The position numbers were made by a program, and so were the translations under genes. Positions 1 through 9,277 of a DNA stretch of 64,000 nt are shown piece after piece. The notes under the pieces are model-generated. The model did not search any database and had not been told where the DNA came from. It saw only the letters and a list, made by a program, of their open reading frames with translations. Numbering within the stretch: the stretch's first letter is position 1; every line of letters begins with the position of its first letter. This DNA is from a bacterium (GTDB lineage: Bacteria > Lernaellota > Lernaellaia > JACKCT01): NCBI GenBank assembly GCA_019912885.1, contig JAIOHV010000149.1:33441-97440 (forward strand), given 5' to 3'.

Positions 1-2280
1 AGTGACACGGTGTCCGGGCCGGACGACGACGATGCGTTTGACGATGACTACGCCGACGACGATCGATTCGATGACGACAGCGACGACGACAGCGACGACG
101 ATACCGATGATTCCATCTTTCCCTTTACCTGTACTCCGATTTCTGATCCGCAACCGTCGCTCGGAATCTGTTCCTCCTACATGCAAAGAAGCGGGTCGCC
201 ATTTCCGGGGGAGCATTGCGCCATCGCCGCGCGGAGTGGAAGCGATCTGGGCGCGGAAATTCAGCAGGCGCCGGACGGTACACTCTATGCGCTCGTAAAT
301 AGCGGCGGCGAGCTCCGTCTATATGAAATTGAGTCTGAAACGAAATCCGCGGCACCCGGCGCCTTCGAACCTCGCAAGTTCGAAATTCTTGCGTCGAACG
401 TCGTCGTCGCCCGCTTTGCGATAAGCGACAACGGTTTGTTTCATGTCGTTTACAGCGGCGCCGCACGCGAATTGAAGTATGCCGTCGGTTGTTTTGGCGG
501 CCAATGGGACACATTCGAGATATCCAAAAACGGGCCCGTTTACCAATACAATTTGGCGATCGCGGTAGGACGCGATGGCATTCCGCACATCGCTTGGCAG
601 AGCAGTAGCGGCTTCGATCTTCGGTACGCAACCCCGACTCCGCCTGATTTCGATTCCTGGCCAGTCGAAGTTCTGAGGGATTTCCAAGGGTGGTCGCCAT
701 TTTTTGCAGCGTTCGCGGGAGTCCATATCGACATCGCCATTAACGCTGGTGGCGACGTTCACATCGCATCTTTGTCGGACTTCGGTTTTTGGGTAAACCT
801 GGAACACCTTTCGAAATCAGATGCGAACTGGACGAACGAAACGATCGATTTCGGGGCGATCTCTCATCCGAAAATGCTGCTCGGAGACAAACAAGGAGAG
901 ATCGCGCTCGTCTACGTATCGGGTTGGGGCGCTTCGGACGCAAGAAGCTGGATCGCTGTATTTCAAAATGGAACGTGGCGCCGTTTCGGTATCGACCGCT
1001 TTTTTTACGACCGCGATCTCGACAATATCGGCACGGCTGAGTGGGGAAGCGCTACGGCCGCCATCGCCTACCTGGACGAACAGTCCGGGGCGCAGCTGGG
1101 TTCGCGACTTTGGAAAACGGAATTTGGTCCCTCGGGCAAAGCAAAGACGTTAGTTCGCGAATGGCCGGTCGGAACGGATCCGAACTTTCTTTTTTATGCG
1201 GGCGATCTCTCGGGCGACTGGGCGGTGAGCTACTTCGAGTGGATCGAAGGGCCGATGTTGTTGCGTTCCACGGGCTCGGGAACGTCGGTGAACTCGTTGA
1301 CCGATCAGCCGTTCTACCAAACCATTGATTTTGCTTTCGGTCCGTCGGGCGAGATCATGCTCGCGGCCGTCGCGGGTGACGACACGATTCGATATATCGG
1401 CAATCCGAACGACGAATGGATCGGCCAGATCGTCGGATACGCCGATTCAACGCAGCTTGATCGAATCTCGATTGCGGCGGACCAAGGCGGAAATGCACAC
1501 ATCGTATACAGGGACGGGGAGCACCTCGTCTATTCGACAAATTCCTCAGGTGACTGGCAAGGCGAATCCATTAATTCGTCTCTCGAACACCCGGTCGCGT
1601 CGCAAGGCTTCGTCGCCGTGGACTCGCATGACGAGATCTATGTCGCGTTTTCCGATGATGCCGCCGGCGCCTGGCACATGGCGCATCGACAGGCCGGCAA
1701 CTGGAGCTATGAACCGATCCCGCATGTCGGAACGGGACTCGTCGCGGATTTCGTTTTCGGTCCGGACGACGTCGCGTACATCGCTTACAAACGATACGAT
1801 GACGCAAACTTGGGCTCATATCTCATTGCGAAAACCGGTTCACGGTGGCCGCCGTTGTTCCGCTACCCGAAGGCTTTCGGACGCGCACATCTGGCGACGG
1901 ACGAACATGGGCACATTCATCTCGTCTTCAACGCCGTCACGGCATCGGGTTTCGGCGAACACATGTTTTATGCGTCTAATCGAACCGGCGCCTTCACGCT
2001 TCAGTCTTTCGATAATGCCACTGAGTCTTTTGTCGCGTGGGATTCCAACCGTAGTGTCGCCGTCATCTACCGCGAATGTCTGGACAGACTCGAAATCGAC
2101 GATGCGCTCAACGTCGTCGCCGATTCGGCGCCTTGCCCGTTCCGTTCGACTTATTTTCGCGACGAAATAAACGGGGTCGCCGTCGACTCCACCGGCACTC
2201 AGCACGTGATCGTCGGGGGGCCTGCTGGAGAAGCGCCCGGAATCGGGTATGTCCGCGTGTATCCCCCGACGGCGCCGTGA
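1..2280 (+). CDS. Exported beta-propeller-like repeat protein with N-terminal poly-Asp (DDDxx)n region; 5' partial, open to window start
   Basis: Reading frame is open from nt 1 (SDTVSGPDDDDAFDDDYADDDRFDDDSDDDSDDDTDD...). It is followed by about 12 repeated ~45-aa units with recurring Y/H-[IV]-[AV]-[WY]-x-x-x-G motifs typical of propeller blades. No catalytic motif recognised. Confidence 0.5.
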   Translation, partial: SDTVSGPDDDDAFDDDYADDDRFDDDSDDDSDDDTDDSIFPFTCTPISDPQPSLGICSSYMQRSGSPFPGEHCAIAARSGSDLGAEIQQAPDGTLYALVNSGGELRLYEIESETKSAAPGAFEPRKFEILASNVVVARFAISDNGLFHVVYSGAARELKYAVGCFGGQWDTFEISKNGPVYQYNLAIAVGRDGIPHIAWQSSSGFDLRYATPTPPDFDSWPVEVLRDFQGWSPFFAAFAGVHIDIAINAGGDVHIASLSDFGFWVNLEHLSKSDANWTNETIDFGAISHPKMLLGDKQGEIALVYVSGWGASDARSWIAVFQNGTWRRFGIDRFFYDRDLDNIGTAEWGSATAAIAYLDEQSGAQLGSRLWKTEFGPSGKAKTLVREWPVGTDPNFLFYAGDLSGDWAVSYFEWIEGPMLLRSTGSGTSVNSLTDQPFYQTIDFAFGPSGEIMLAAVAGDDTIRYIGNPNDEWIGQIVGYADSTQLDRISIAADQGGNAHIVYRDGEHLVYSTNSSGDWQGESINSSLEHPVASQGFVAVDSHDEIYVAFSDDAAGAWHMAHRQAGNWSYEPIPHVGTGLVADFVFGPDDVAYIAYKRYDDANLGSYLIAKTGSRWPPLFRYPKAFGRAHLATDEHGHIHLVFNAVTASGFGEHMFYASNRTGAFTLQSFDNATESFVAWDSNRSVAVIYRECLDRLEIDDALNVVADSAPCPFRSTYFRDEINGVAVDSTGTQHVIVGGPAGEAPGIGYVRVYPPTAP

Positions 2281-2398
2281 CTTAGAAAAAATTCGACACG
2301 GCGACAACGATGATGGCACATCGTGAACCTTGTGCGGCTTCCTTTGCACTTCGCGCCGCACATGGAAGGCTTGCGCCGCAAATCGTGGTTCGCTATTC

Positions 2399-3067
2399 AT
2401 GATCCGAAATGTCGGCGAGCGGCAAACCATGATTCGGCTGGTCATGCGGGACGCGGAGGGCGGCGAGGCGTCGTTCCCCGTCGTGGCGGAGGTGACGATC
2501 GGCCGCAGCTCCGAGTGCGAGGTGCGCGTCAATGACGCGGCCGTTTCGCGAAAGCACGCGCGCGTCTCGATCGACATCGAGGCCGGTGGCGGGCTTGTCA
2601 TCGAAGACCTCGGCAGCCCGAACGGCACCTTTGTGAACGGCGCGCGCATTCAGGGCGCGACGCCGCTGAATCCGGGCGACACCATCCAGGTCGTCGCGCA
2701 GAAGATCCGCGTGGTCGAAACAAGTCCGCTCGAGGACTACGCCTCCACGACGCGCATCGACTTCAAGGGCGCCCCCAGGGCCACCGCCCCCGGCGGCGCC
2801 GAAAGCGGCCTTTCGTCCGCGCGCGACGCGGGGCTGGCGATCGACGAGAACTCGCTCGTATCCGCCGCGGCCCGCGCCGAGCGCCTGGAGCGCGCGATCC
2901 GCAAACAGAACCCTGAAAACAAGTGGAACCACACCATCGCGCCGGGCACGTACCGGAACAACACGCCGATCGCGCCGCGCGCGGGCGGCTCGAATCGTTC
3001 GTTCTTGTGGATCGGGCTGGCCGTCGTCGCCGGTATCGCCGTCATCATCTGGCTTCTGGCAAGATGA
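2399..3067 (+). CDS. FHA domain-containing protein with C-terminal transmembrane anchor
   Basis: FHA core motifs (TIGRSSECEVRVND...VSRKHARVS...GSPNGTFVNG) and a C-terminal hydrophobic helix (LWIGLAVVAGIAVIIWLLA). Start chosen at the internal ATG 2399 (MIRNVGER...). Confidence 0.7.
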   Translation: MIRNVGERQTMIRLVMRDAEGGEASFPVVAEVTIGRSSECEVRVNDAAVSRKHARVSIDIEAGGGLVIEDLGSPNGTFVNGARIQGATPLNPGDTIQVVAQKIRVVETSPLEDYASTTRIDFKGAPRATAPGGAESGLSSARDAGLAIDENSLVSAAARAERLERAIRKQNPENKWNHTIAPGTYRNNTPIAPRAGGSNRSFLWIGLAVVAGIAVIIWLLAR

Positions 3068-3098
3068 CGGGCGCGCCGCGATCCCCTGGAGTCAGGCG

Positions 3099-3479
3099 AT
3101 GAGCGAGAAGGAAACCGACGTCACGATCATCCACCAGACGCCGGAGGGCGGCGCCGTGCCGCGCTCGCGCGCGTTCGATTCGCCCGAGCCGTTCCTCGTC
3201 ATCATGAACGGCGACGAAAAAGGCAAGAAGATCGTACTTCTCGCGGCTACGACCACGATCGGCCGCGGCAGCCGCAACCACATCCGCCTGAAAGACCCGC
3301 TCGTCTCCGGCAGCCACGCCGAAATCCTCCGCGACGGCGCGAATCTCACCATCCGCGATCTCGAATCCACCAACGGCACCCTCGTCGAGGGTGGGCGCGT
3401 CACGACCGCGCCGCTGTTCACCGGCGCGCGGATTCAGATCGGCGGAACGCACCTCGAACTCGTTATCCCGGAATCGTAA
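3099..3479 (+). CDS. FHA domain-containing protein
   Basis: TIGRGSRNHIRLKDPLVSGSHAEI...STNGTLVEG is a canonical FHA fold signature. 126 aa. Confidence 0.75.
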   Translation: MSEKETDVTIIHQTPEGGAVPRSRAFDSPEPFLVIMNGDEKGKKIVLLAATTTIGRGSRNHIRLKDPLVSGSHAEILRDGANLTIRDLESTNGTLVEGGRVTTAPLFTGARIQIGGTHLELVIPES

Positions 3480-3521
3480 ACGTTTCATTTCACCGCGAAG
3501 ACGCGAAGGACGCGAAGTCGG

Positions 3522-4544
3522 TTATTCTTTCGGCCTTTGCGGTAAAAAACTATTCACACGCCCCCAGCCGATCGCAAGCCGCCGTAGATAAAGCAGCGAC
3601 GGCGTCGCGATGAATGTCGCGACATCTCCGCGCCTCGCGGTGAGGTACAGCGCGCGCGTCGTGGTGCGATCCTCGAAAATTAGATACGCGATACCGGCGG
3701 CAAATGGCAGCCAGAACACCGGATGCCAGGCGAACGCGCCGGCGGCGTACAGCGGCAGCGCAGCAATGAGCGCGAAGCGGATCGTGTAGAACAGCTTTTG
3801 CCACCCGCCCGACAATCCGCGCCAACGAGCCGCGACCACGCCGGAGTGCAGCGCGCCGCGATACGCGCGTCGCATGTACGCGCGCAGCGTGTCCGGGTCC
3901 TTGTGGTAGAGCGTCGATCGCCCGCCGACGACGGTGCGTCCGCCGCGCGCAAGCAAGCGCAGCACGAGATCCACGTCCTGACCGATGCGGCACACCGGGT
4001 CGTAGCCGTTCACCGAAAAGAACGCGTCGCGCGTGAAAGCCCAGGCGCCGGTGCCGCGCTTTCCCGCAAGCACGAGATCACCCGCCGCTTCGAGAAGATC
4101 ATTCTGATGACGCACCAGCACGTTGTCGCGATCGGTCCACACGCGCCGGCCGACGTTCGTCGCGCCGACGACATCGGGCAGATGCAGATGACGCACGATC
4201 TTTTCGACGTAGTCCGCGTCGTAGTAGCCGTCGGCCTCGGCGAAAAAGAAGATGTCGCCTTTCGCCGCCCGCGCGCCTTCATTCCGCGCGACGGCCGCGC
4301 CGGCGTTTTTCTCCTGCCGCAGATACGTGAGGCCAAGCGCGCACACGACGCGCGCCGTGTCGTCGGTCGAGGCGTCGTCGCTGACGATGATCTCCGTGCG
4401 CGGATACGTCTGCGCCTTCAGCGACGCGATCGCGCGTGGCAGCGTCGCGGCGCAGTTGTACGTGGGAATGATGATCGACACGAGGCCGGGATCGGGATTC
4501 GGCGGCGTGTCCTCGGGAGGAATATACGGATAGGGCAGCTTCAT
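3522..4544 (-). CDS. Family 2 glycosyltransferase (membrane-associated)
   Basis: Motif VSIIIPTYNCAATL...SDDASTDDT (GT-A DXD region) and C-terminal TM helices. Start set at MKLPYPY (ATG 4544); the upstream 214-aa Arg-rich ORF extension looks non-coding. Confidence 0.8.
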   Translation of the reverse strand: MKLPYPYIPPEDTPPNPDPGLVSIIIPTYNCAATLPRAIASLKAQTYPRTEIIVSDDASTDDTARVVCALGLTYLRQEKNAGAAVARNEGARAAKGDIFFFAEADGYYDADYVEKIVRHLHLPDVVGATNVGRRVWTDRDNVLVRHQNDLLEAAGDLVLAGKRGTGAWAFTRDAFFSVNGYDPVCRIGQDVDLVLRLLARGGRTVVGGRSTLYHKDPDTLRAYMRRAYRGALHSGVVAARWRGLSGGWQKLFYTIRFALIAALPLYAAGAFAWHPVFWLPFAAGIAYLIFEDRTTTRALYLTARRGDVATFIATPSLLYLRRLAIGWGRVNSFLPQRPKE

Positions 4545-5656
4545 CGGCTTGCCGCCACGCGCCGGTAGATGTCCTCGAGGCGTTCGATCTGGCGGTCGAT
4601 GTCCCACGTCTTTTCGACCAGCCGCCGTCCCAGAAGCCCCAGCCTCCGGCGAAGCTCCGCGTCCGCCACCAGCCGCCCAAGCGCGGTTGCGAGCGCGTGC
4701 GTATCGCGCTCCGGCACGAGCAGGCCCGTTTGCCCGTCGGTGATGACCTCGGGAATGCCCGCGTGGATGGTCGTGACGATCGGCATCGCGGTCGCCATCG
4801 CCTCCTTCAGGACCATGCTGATTTCGTCCTTGCCGCCGAACTGGTCGGTCACGCTCGGCAGGCAGAAAATATCCGCGTTTTCCATCTCGCCGGGCAGGCG
4901 ATCGAACGGCAGCACTCCAGCGAATTCCACTTGATCGCCAAGCCCAAGCTCCGCGACAAGCGCCTCCAGCCGTCCGCGCAGCGGCCCCTCGCCGATGATC
5001 CGAAGCGGCACCGTCTTCCCGCGAACGTTCAGGATACCGACCGCACGAATGAGAAATTCGAGCCCCTTTTTTTCGACAAAGCGCGCCACGGTCAGGATGC
5101 GCGGCGGCCGTTCCGGGCGCGCGGTGACGCGAAAATCGCGAAGATTGATGCCGAGGCGATAGATTTCGATTTTTTCCTCCGGACAACCCAGGCGGACAAG
5201 GTCACGGCGCATGTCTTCGGATAGCGCAAGGACAAGGTCGGTGCCGGCGAACATGGCCGCATAACGATTTTTCCACTTCGGAACCGACGGCACCTCGAAG
5301 ACATCATGTCCGTAAATGCTGGTGATGAGCGGAATGCCGAGTTTCCGTTTTGTGGCAAGCGCGTAATAACCCGTTTGCCCGAAGTGCGCGTGCAGCAGCG
5401 TGGCCCGGAGGCTTCGCGCCGACCCGGTGTAGAATGGAATCTCACCGAGGATCCCGCGCTGAAGGTCGTTGAGGCGGCGCCGCCAGGAAGGCTCATTGCC
5501 CAGCGAATAGACGTTCGCCGTGGGGAAGTTGCTCTCGTTCGCGGTGCGTTCGCAGAGGAAAACCGCCTCCACCGTTTTGTGGCGCGTGTAGATATCGTAG
5601 ATGAATGTTTCCGTGCGGCGCAGGAACGTATCGCGCAGGTGGGCGACGCGGATCAA
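4541..5656 (-). CDS. Family 4 (GT-B, group 1) glycosyltransferase
   Basis: C-terminal EGPLRGRLEALV...FCLPSVTDQFGGKDEISMVLKEAMATAMPIVTT...GIPEVI matches the GT4 EX7E region. 4-nt overlap with the downstream GT2. Confidence 0.8.
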   Translation of the reverse strand: MIRVAHLRDTFLRRTETFIYDIYTRHKTVEAVFLCERTANESNFPTANVYSLGNEPSWRRRLNDLQRGILGEIPFYTGSARSLRATLLHAHFGQTGYYALATKRKLGIPLITSIYGHDVFEVPSVPKWKNRYAAMFAGTDLVLALSEDMRRDLVRLGCPEEKIEIYRLGINLRDFRVTARPERPPRILTVARFVEKKGLEFLIRAVGILNVRGKTVPLRIIGEGPLRGRLEALVAELGLGDQVEFAGVLPFDRLPGEMENADIFCLPSVTDQFGGKDEISMVLKEAMATAMPIVTTIHAGIPEVITDGQTGLLVPERDTHALATALGRLVADAELRRRLGLLGRRLVEKTWDIDRQIERLEDIYRRVAASR

Positions 5657-5660
5657 ACGT

Positions 5661-6770
5661 TCATCCGAAAAACGAGCGTACGCCCGCGATGACGCGCTCG
5701 ATCTCGCCGTCGGTCATCTCCGGGAACAGCGGCAGGCTCAGAATCTCGCGCGAAAGCCGCTCGGCAACGGGAAAGGCGCCGTACCGATAGCCAAGCTCCG
5801 CGAACGCGGGCTGCCGATGGATCGGAATGGGGTAGTGGACCTGCGTTCCGATCGCGTGCGTACGGAGATGTTCGGCGAGCCGGTCGCGCTCCGGCGTCGC
5901 GACAACGTACAGATGGTAAACGCTCGTCGCGCCGTCGGGATCGGCCGGGCGGCGAAGCGGCAGTTCGGCAAACGCCGCATCGTATCGCGCCGCGATCTCA
6001 CGGCGTTTCGCGTTCCATGCGCCGAGATGGCGAAGTTTGACCGAAAGGATCGCCGCTTGTATTTCGTCGAGCCGGCTGTTGATGCCCGGCACGGCAGCCT
6101 CGTAACGCGAGGTCTGTCCGTAGTTACGCAGATAGCGTACGTCGCGCGCCACCACATCGTCCCGTGTCGTCACGGCGCCGGCGTCGCCCGCGGCGCCGAG
6201 ATTCTTGCTCGGGTAAAAGCTGAACGCGGAAGCGCGGCCGAAGCCGCCGGCCGGTTTATTCGCGATTCGCGCGCCGTGCGCCTGGGCGCAATCCTCCACC
6301 ACCGTCAGATCGCGAGCGTCCGCAATTGCCATGATGGCCGGCATATCCGCCGGCCGGCCGTAGAGGTGCACCGGCACGATCGCCTCGGTCCGATCCGTCA
6401 CGGCCGACCCGAGCAACTCCGCGTTCATGTTCCACGAGCGTTCGTCGACATCGACGAAGATCGGGCAGCAGCCCATGTCCGCGATCGCCATCGCCGTGGG
6501 GATCGCCGTGTTCGGCACGGTTAAAACGTCCGCGCCGCGGCGCACGCCGCAAGCCTCGAGCGCGAGACGGATCGCGTCGGTGCCGTTTGCGACTCCGATC
6601 GCGTGGCGCGCTTCGGCAAATTTGGCGAACGCCGCTTCGAAATGCTCGAGGCGCTCGCCAAGGATGTACCGGCCGCCGGCGAGACACTCGGCGACCGCCG
6701 CGTCGATCTCTTCGCGGATCGCGGCATATTGCCGGGCCGCGTCGAAAATCGGGATGATCGGCTCGCTCAT
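5661..6770 (-). CDS. DegT/DnrJ/EryC1/StrS-family PLP-dependent sugar aminotransferase
   Basis: MSEPIIPIFD...AIGVANGTDAIRLAL...FSFYPSKNLGAAGDAGAV is the typical WecE/ArnB-like signature including the PLP lysine context. Start at ATG 6770. Confidence 0.85.
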   Translation of the reverse strand: MSEPIIPIFDAARQYAAIREEIDAAVAECLAGGRYILGERLEHFEAAFAKFAEARHAIGVANGTDAIRLALEACGVRRGADVLTVPNTAIPTAMAIADMGCCPIFVDVDERSWNMNAELLGSAVTDRTEAIVPVHLYGRPADMPAIMAIADARDLTVVEDCAQAHGARIANKPAGGFGRASAFSFYPSKNLGAAGDAGAVTTRDDVVARDVRYLRNYGQTSRYEAAVPGINSRLDEIQAAILSVKLRHLGAWNAKRREIAARYDAAFAELPLRRPADPDGATSVYHLYVVATPERDRLAEHLRTHAIGTQVHYPIPIHRQPAFAELGYRYGAFPVAERLSREILSLPLFPEMTDGEIERVIAGVRSFFG

Positions 6771-7123
6771 CTGTCTTCCGCCCCAGCATCGTCGGCCGAC
6801 TCGACAAGCGCGACGCCGATCGCGATGCCGCCGTCGTGCGCGATCGACAGTTGAACGACATCCGACGACGGCGCGCCGAGGTGCCGTGCCGTGGGTGCGC
6901 CGGATGCGTCGATGGAAATCTCGACGTGGAAGGGGTCCGTGTCGCTTCGTCCGTAAGCCGCAAGCACCGCGCGCCGCGCCGCCGCGCGCCCGGCGAGAAA
7001 CGCGGCGGAATCCGTGCGCGTCTTCGCGATCCGGCGCTCCGCGTCGCTGATCGACTCCCACGGGGTATCGCCCGGCACATTGGGGATCGGCACGATGCGG
7101 ATGCCGACACCGCGAATCCGCAT
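6767..7123 (-). CDS. AcpS-like 4'-phosphopantetheinyl transferase family protein (degenerate motifs)
   Basis: 118 aa with the AcpS-like pattern GVGIRIV...FLAGRAAARRAVLAAYG...QLSIAHDGGIAIGVALV. The canonical Asp/Glu/Lys catalytic residues are replaced, so activity is uncertain. Confidence 0.4.
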   Translation of the reverse strand: MRIRGVGIRIVPIPNVPGDTPWESISDAERRIAKTRTDSAAFLAGRAAARRAVLAAYGRSDTDPFHVEISIDASGAPTARHLGAPSSDVVQLSIAHDGGIAIGVALVESADDAGAEDR

Positions 7124-7959
7124 TACGATCCGGGCGTGCGGACGCTGACCGCGGATTCCGCGAAGGAAATGACGCTGCGTTTCGGGTAAAGGCCCGAAGG
7201 CGGATTGACGCACGGCATGATCCACGACGACGGGCCGAGCAGCGTGCCGGGAGAGGTCACGGCGTTGCAGCCGGTTTCGCATCCGTCGCCGAGGATGGCG
7301 CCGAGCTTGCGCCGCCCGGTGTCGTGCCGCTCGCCGTCCGGCGTCCGGACGCGAACGCTGCCCGGCGTGATCTTCAGGTTGGCGAGCTTGGTGCCCGCGC
7401 CAAGATTGACGCCGCGTCCGAGGATCGAGTCGCCGAGATACGCGAAATGACCGGCCTTGGCGCCGTTCAACATGATCGAATTCTTGATCTCCGTCGCGTG
7501 CCCCACGAGCGCCTCGTCGCCGACCAGGCAATCGCCGCGAAAATACGCGCCCTGGCGAACCTCGGCGCGCGCGCCGATGACGGTCGGCCCCTTGATGAGC
7601 GCGCCCGACTCCACCACGGTTCCCGGCCCGATGATGACACGGTCGTCAAAGAGGTACGCGCCCGCCTGGATCACGGCCGCCTCGGGCTTGGGCTCGTCGT
7701 CGATGTGTACGGTGACCGAACCCTTTTTCGTCGGCACGAGCGCGATATTTCCCTCGAGTACGACCTCGCCGTTCAGGATGACAAGCGGTTCCTGAACAAG
7801 GCCGACAAATCCCTTCAGCGCCCAATCGCCCTCGAACAACGCCGCAAGGTAGCCCGAAAGTCGATCGAGCGCGGTCCACACGGGCGCGTCGCCGTCGAAA
7901 AGCGCGCGGTGTTCGAATTCAGCGAGATCGAAAAACGCGGATGCGGAAAACATCGTCAT
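7123..7959 (-). CDS. Hexapeptide-repeat (left-handed beta-helix) transferase family protein, putative sugar N-acyl/acetyltransferase
   Basis: Multiple imperfect [LIV]-G-x-x-x-x hexapeptide repeats (VIGARAEV, VGDEALVG, LGDSILGRGVNLGAGT). Confidence 0.6.
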   Translation of the reverse strand: MTMFSASAFFDLAEFEHRALFDGDAPVWTALDRLSGYLAALFEGDWALKGFVGLVQEPLVILNGEVVLEGNIALVPTKKGSVTVHIDDEPKPEAAVIQAGAYLFDDRVIIGPGTVVESGALIKGPTVIGARAEVRQGAYFRGDCLVGDEALVGHATEIKNSIMLNGAKAGHFAYLGDSILGRGVNLGAGTKLANLKITPGSVRVRTPDGERHDTGRRKLGAILGDGCETGCNAVTSPGTLLGPSSWIMPCVNPPSGLYPKRSVISFAESAVSVRTPGS

Positions 7960-7969
7960 TCCGGCCGCG

Positions 7970-9268
7970 TCATCCGGCCTGCATCGCCTTGAGCGCCGAC
8001 TCGCCGTGATTCAGCGTCTCGTCGATATCGGCCTCGGTGTGCACGGCGGACAAGAACCAGTTGTGATGCGGATGCAGATAGCTGCCGCGCCGCGTCGCCT
8101 CGGCGCAGAATCGCTGCACCTTATAGAGATCCGCGTCGTCCTCGAGCACGAGATACGGCATCGACGCCGGGCCAGTGAGTTTCATCGGATATCCGTAGCG
8201 GTCGCCAAGTTCGGAAAGCCCCTTGCCGAGCCGCTCGCCCATCGCGAACATCGCCGCGATGCCCGCGTCGCGCTCCAGGATTTCCAGCGTCTTCAAGCCG
8301 GCGGCCATGCACATCGATCCGTTCCAGTAGCTGCCTGTGAGGAACACGCGGCTCGCCGCCGCCTTGAGCTCCGGTTTGCCAACCGCCGCTGACAGCGGAA
8401 AACCGTTGCCGATCGCCTTGCAATACACGGCGATGTCCGGCACGAAACCGAAAAAGTCGTGCGAGCCGTGAATCGACAGCCTCCAGCCCGCGCGCACATC
8501 GTCGAGGATCAAAAGCGCGCCGTTCTTGTCGCAAAGCTCGCGCACCTCGCGCCAGAAACCCGGCGCGGGCAGCACGCTCTCGCCGAACGCGGGGTGGTGG
8601 TAGGGCGTCATGATGACGGCGGCGATTTGGCCGCCCTGCGTCTTGAAGAGGTCCGCGAGCTGGTCGGCGCGGTTCCAGTCGAAAAACAGCATGTTGCTGC
8701 GATCTTCCGGAATGACGCCGCCGTGCCCCGGCGTGCACCACGCGTGCGCGCCGTGATACGTACCGCGAACCATCGCGATCTTCGAGCGATCCGTGTGCTC
8801 GCGCGCGACCAGCGTCGCCCATGTCGTCAGGTCGCTTCCGTTTTTTGCGAAGACCGACCACCCAGCAAAGGGCACGAGCGTCGTCAGCCGCTCGGCGAGC
8901 TTCAACATGCGCGGGCCCGGGTGGTTGAAGCAGTCGCCTTCTTGCAACGCTTCGATCGCCGCCGCGTTCACTTCGTCGTTCGCGTAACCGATGACCATTG
9001 GCCCGTACGCGCACATGTAATCGATGAACGTATTGCCGTCGATGTCCGTGTAACGCGCGCCTTTGCCCCAGGCGGCATAATAAGGAAACGACCCCGGCAC
9101 CATCAGGGCGGGGCTCTGGTGGCCGTAGATGCCCTGGGGGATGAGCCGGGTCGCCTTGACGAAGGTTTCGATGTTCTTGTCGAAGGTGCGCAGCTTTTCC
9201 ACCGGCGCCGCGATCGTGGCCGCGGCCCTGGTTTCGATCTCGTCCACGTGGGAGGGTTCGGTCGCCAT
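7970..9268 (-). CDS. Class III PLP-dependent aminotransferase (glutamate-1-semialdehyde aminomutase-like)
   Basis: 432 aa; AT-III motifs GPMVIGYANDEV, ILDDVRAGWRLS, and the lysine region CKAIGNGFPLSA. Confidence 0.8.
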   Translation of the reverse strand: MATEPSHVDEIETRAAATIAAPVEKLRTFDKNIETFVKATRLIPQGIYGHQSPALMVPGSFPYYAAWGKGARYTDIDGNTFIDYMCAYGPMVIGYANDEVNAAAIEALQEGDCFNHPGPRMLKLAERLTTLVPFAGWSVFAKNGSDLTTWATLVAREHTDRSKIAMVRGTYHGAHAWCTPGHGGVIPEDRSNMLFFDWNRADQLADLFKTQGGQIAAVIMTPYHHPAFGESVLPAPGFWREVRELCDKNGALLILDDVRAGWRLSIHGSHDFFGFVPDIAVYCKAIGNGFPLSAAVGKPELKAAASRVFLTGSYWNGSMCMAAGLKTLEILERDAGIAAMFAMGERLGKGLSELGDRYGYPMKLTGPASMPYLVLEDDADLYKVQRFCAEATRRGSYLHPHHNWFLSAVHTEADIDETLNHGESALKAMQAG

Positions 9269-9277
9269 GATCGTCTC

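Noticed and set aside
3522-5186. 554-aa listed ORF with a 214-aa Arg/Gly-rich N-terminal extension on the GT2 gene
   Set aside because: The extension overlaps the upstream GT4 gene in another frame and is low-complexity. The conserved GT2 fold begins at MKLPYPY (ATG 4544).
6767-7531. Full 254-aa ORF as an Sfp-type phosphopantetheinyl transferase
   Set aside because: The upstream 136 aa overlap the LbH gene and translate to Arg-rich junk. Only the 118-aa C-terminal portion (start 7123) is plausible, and even that has substituted catalytic residues.
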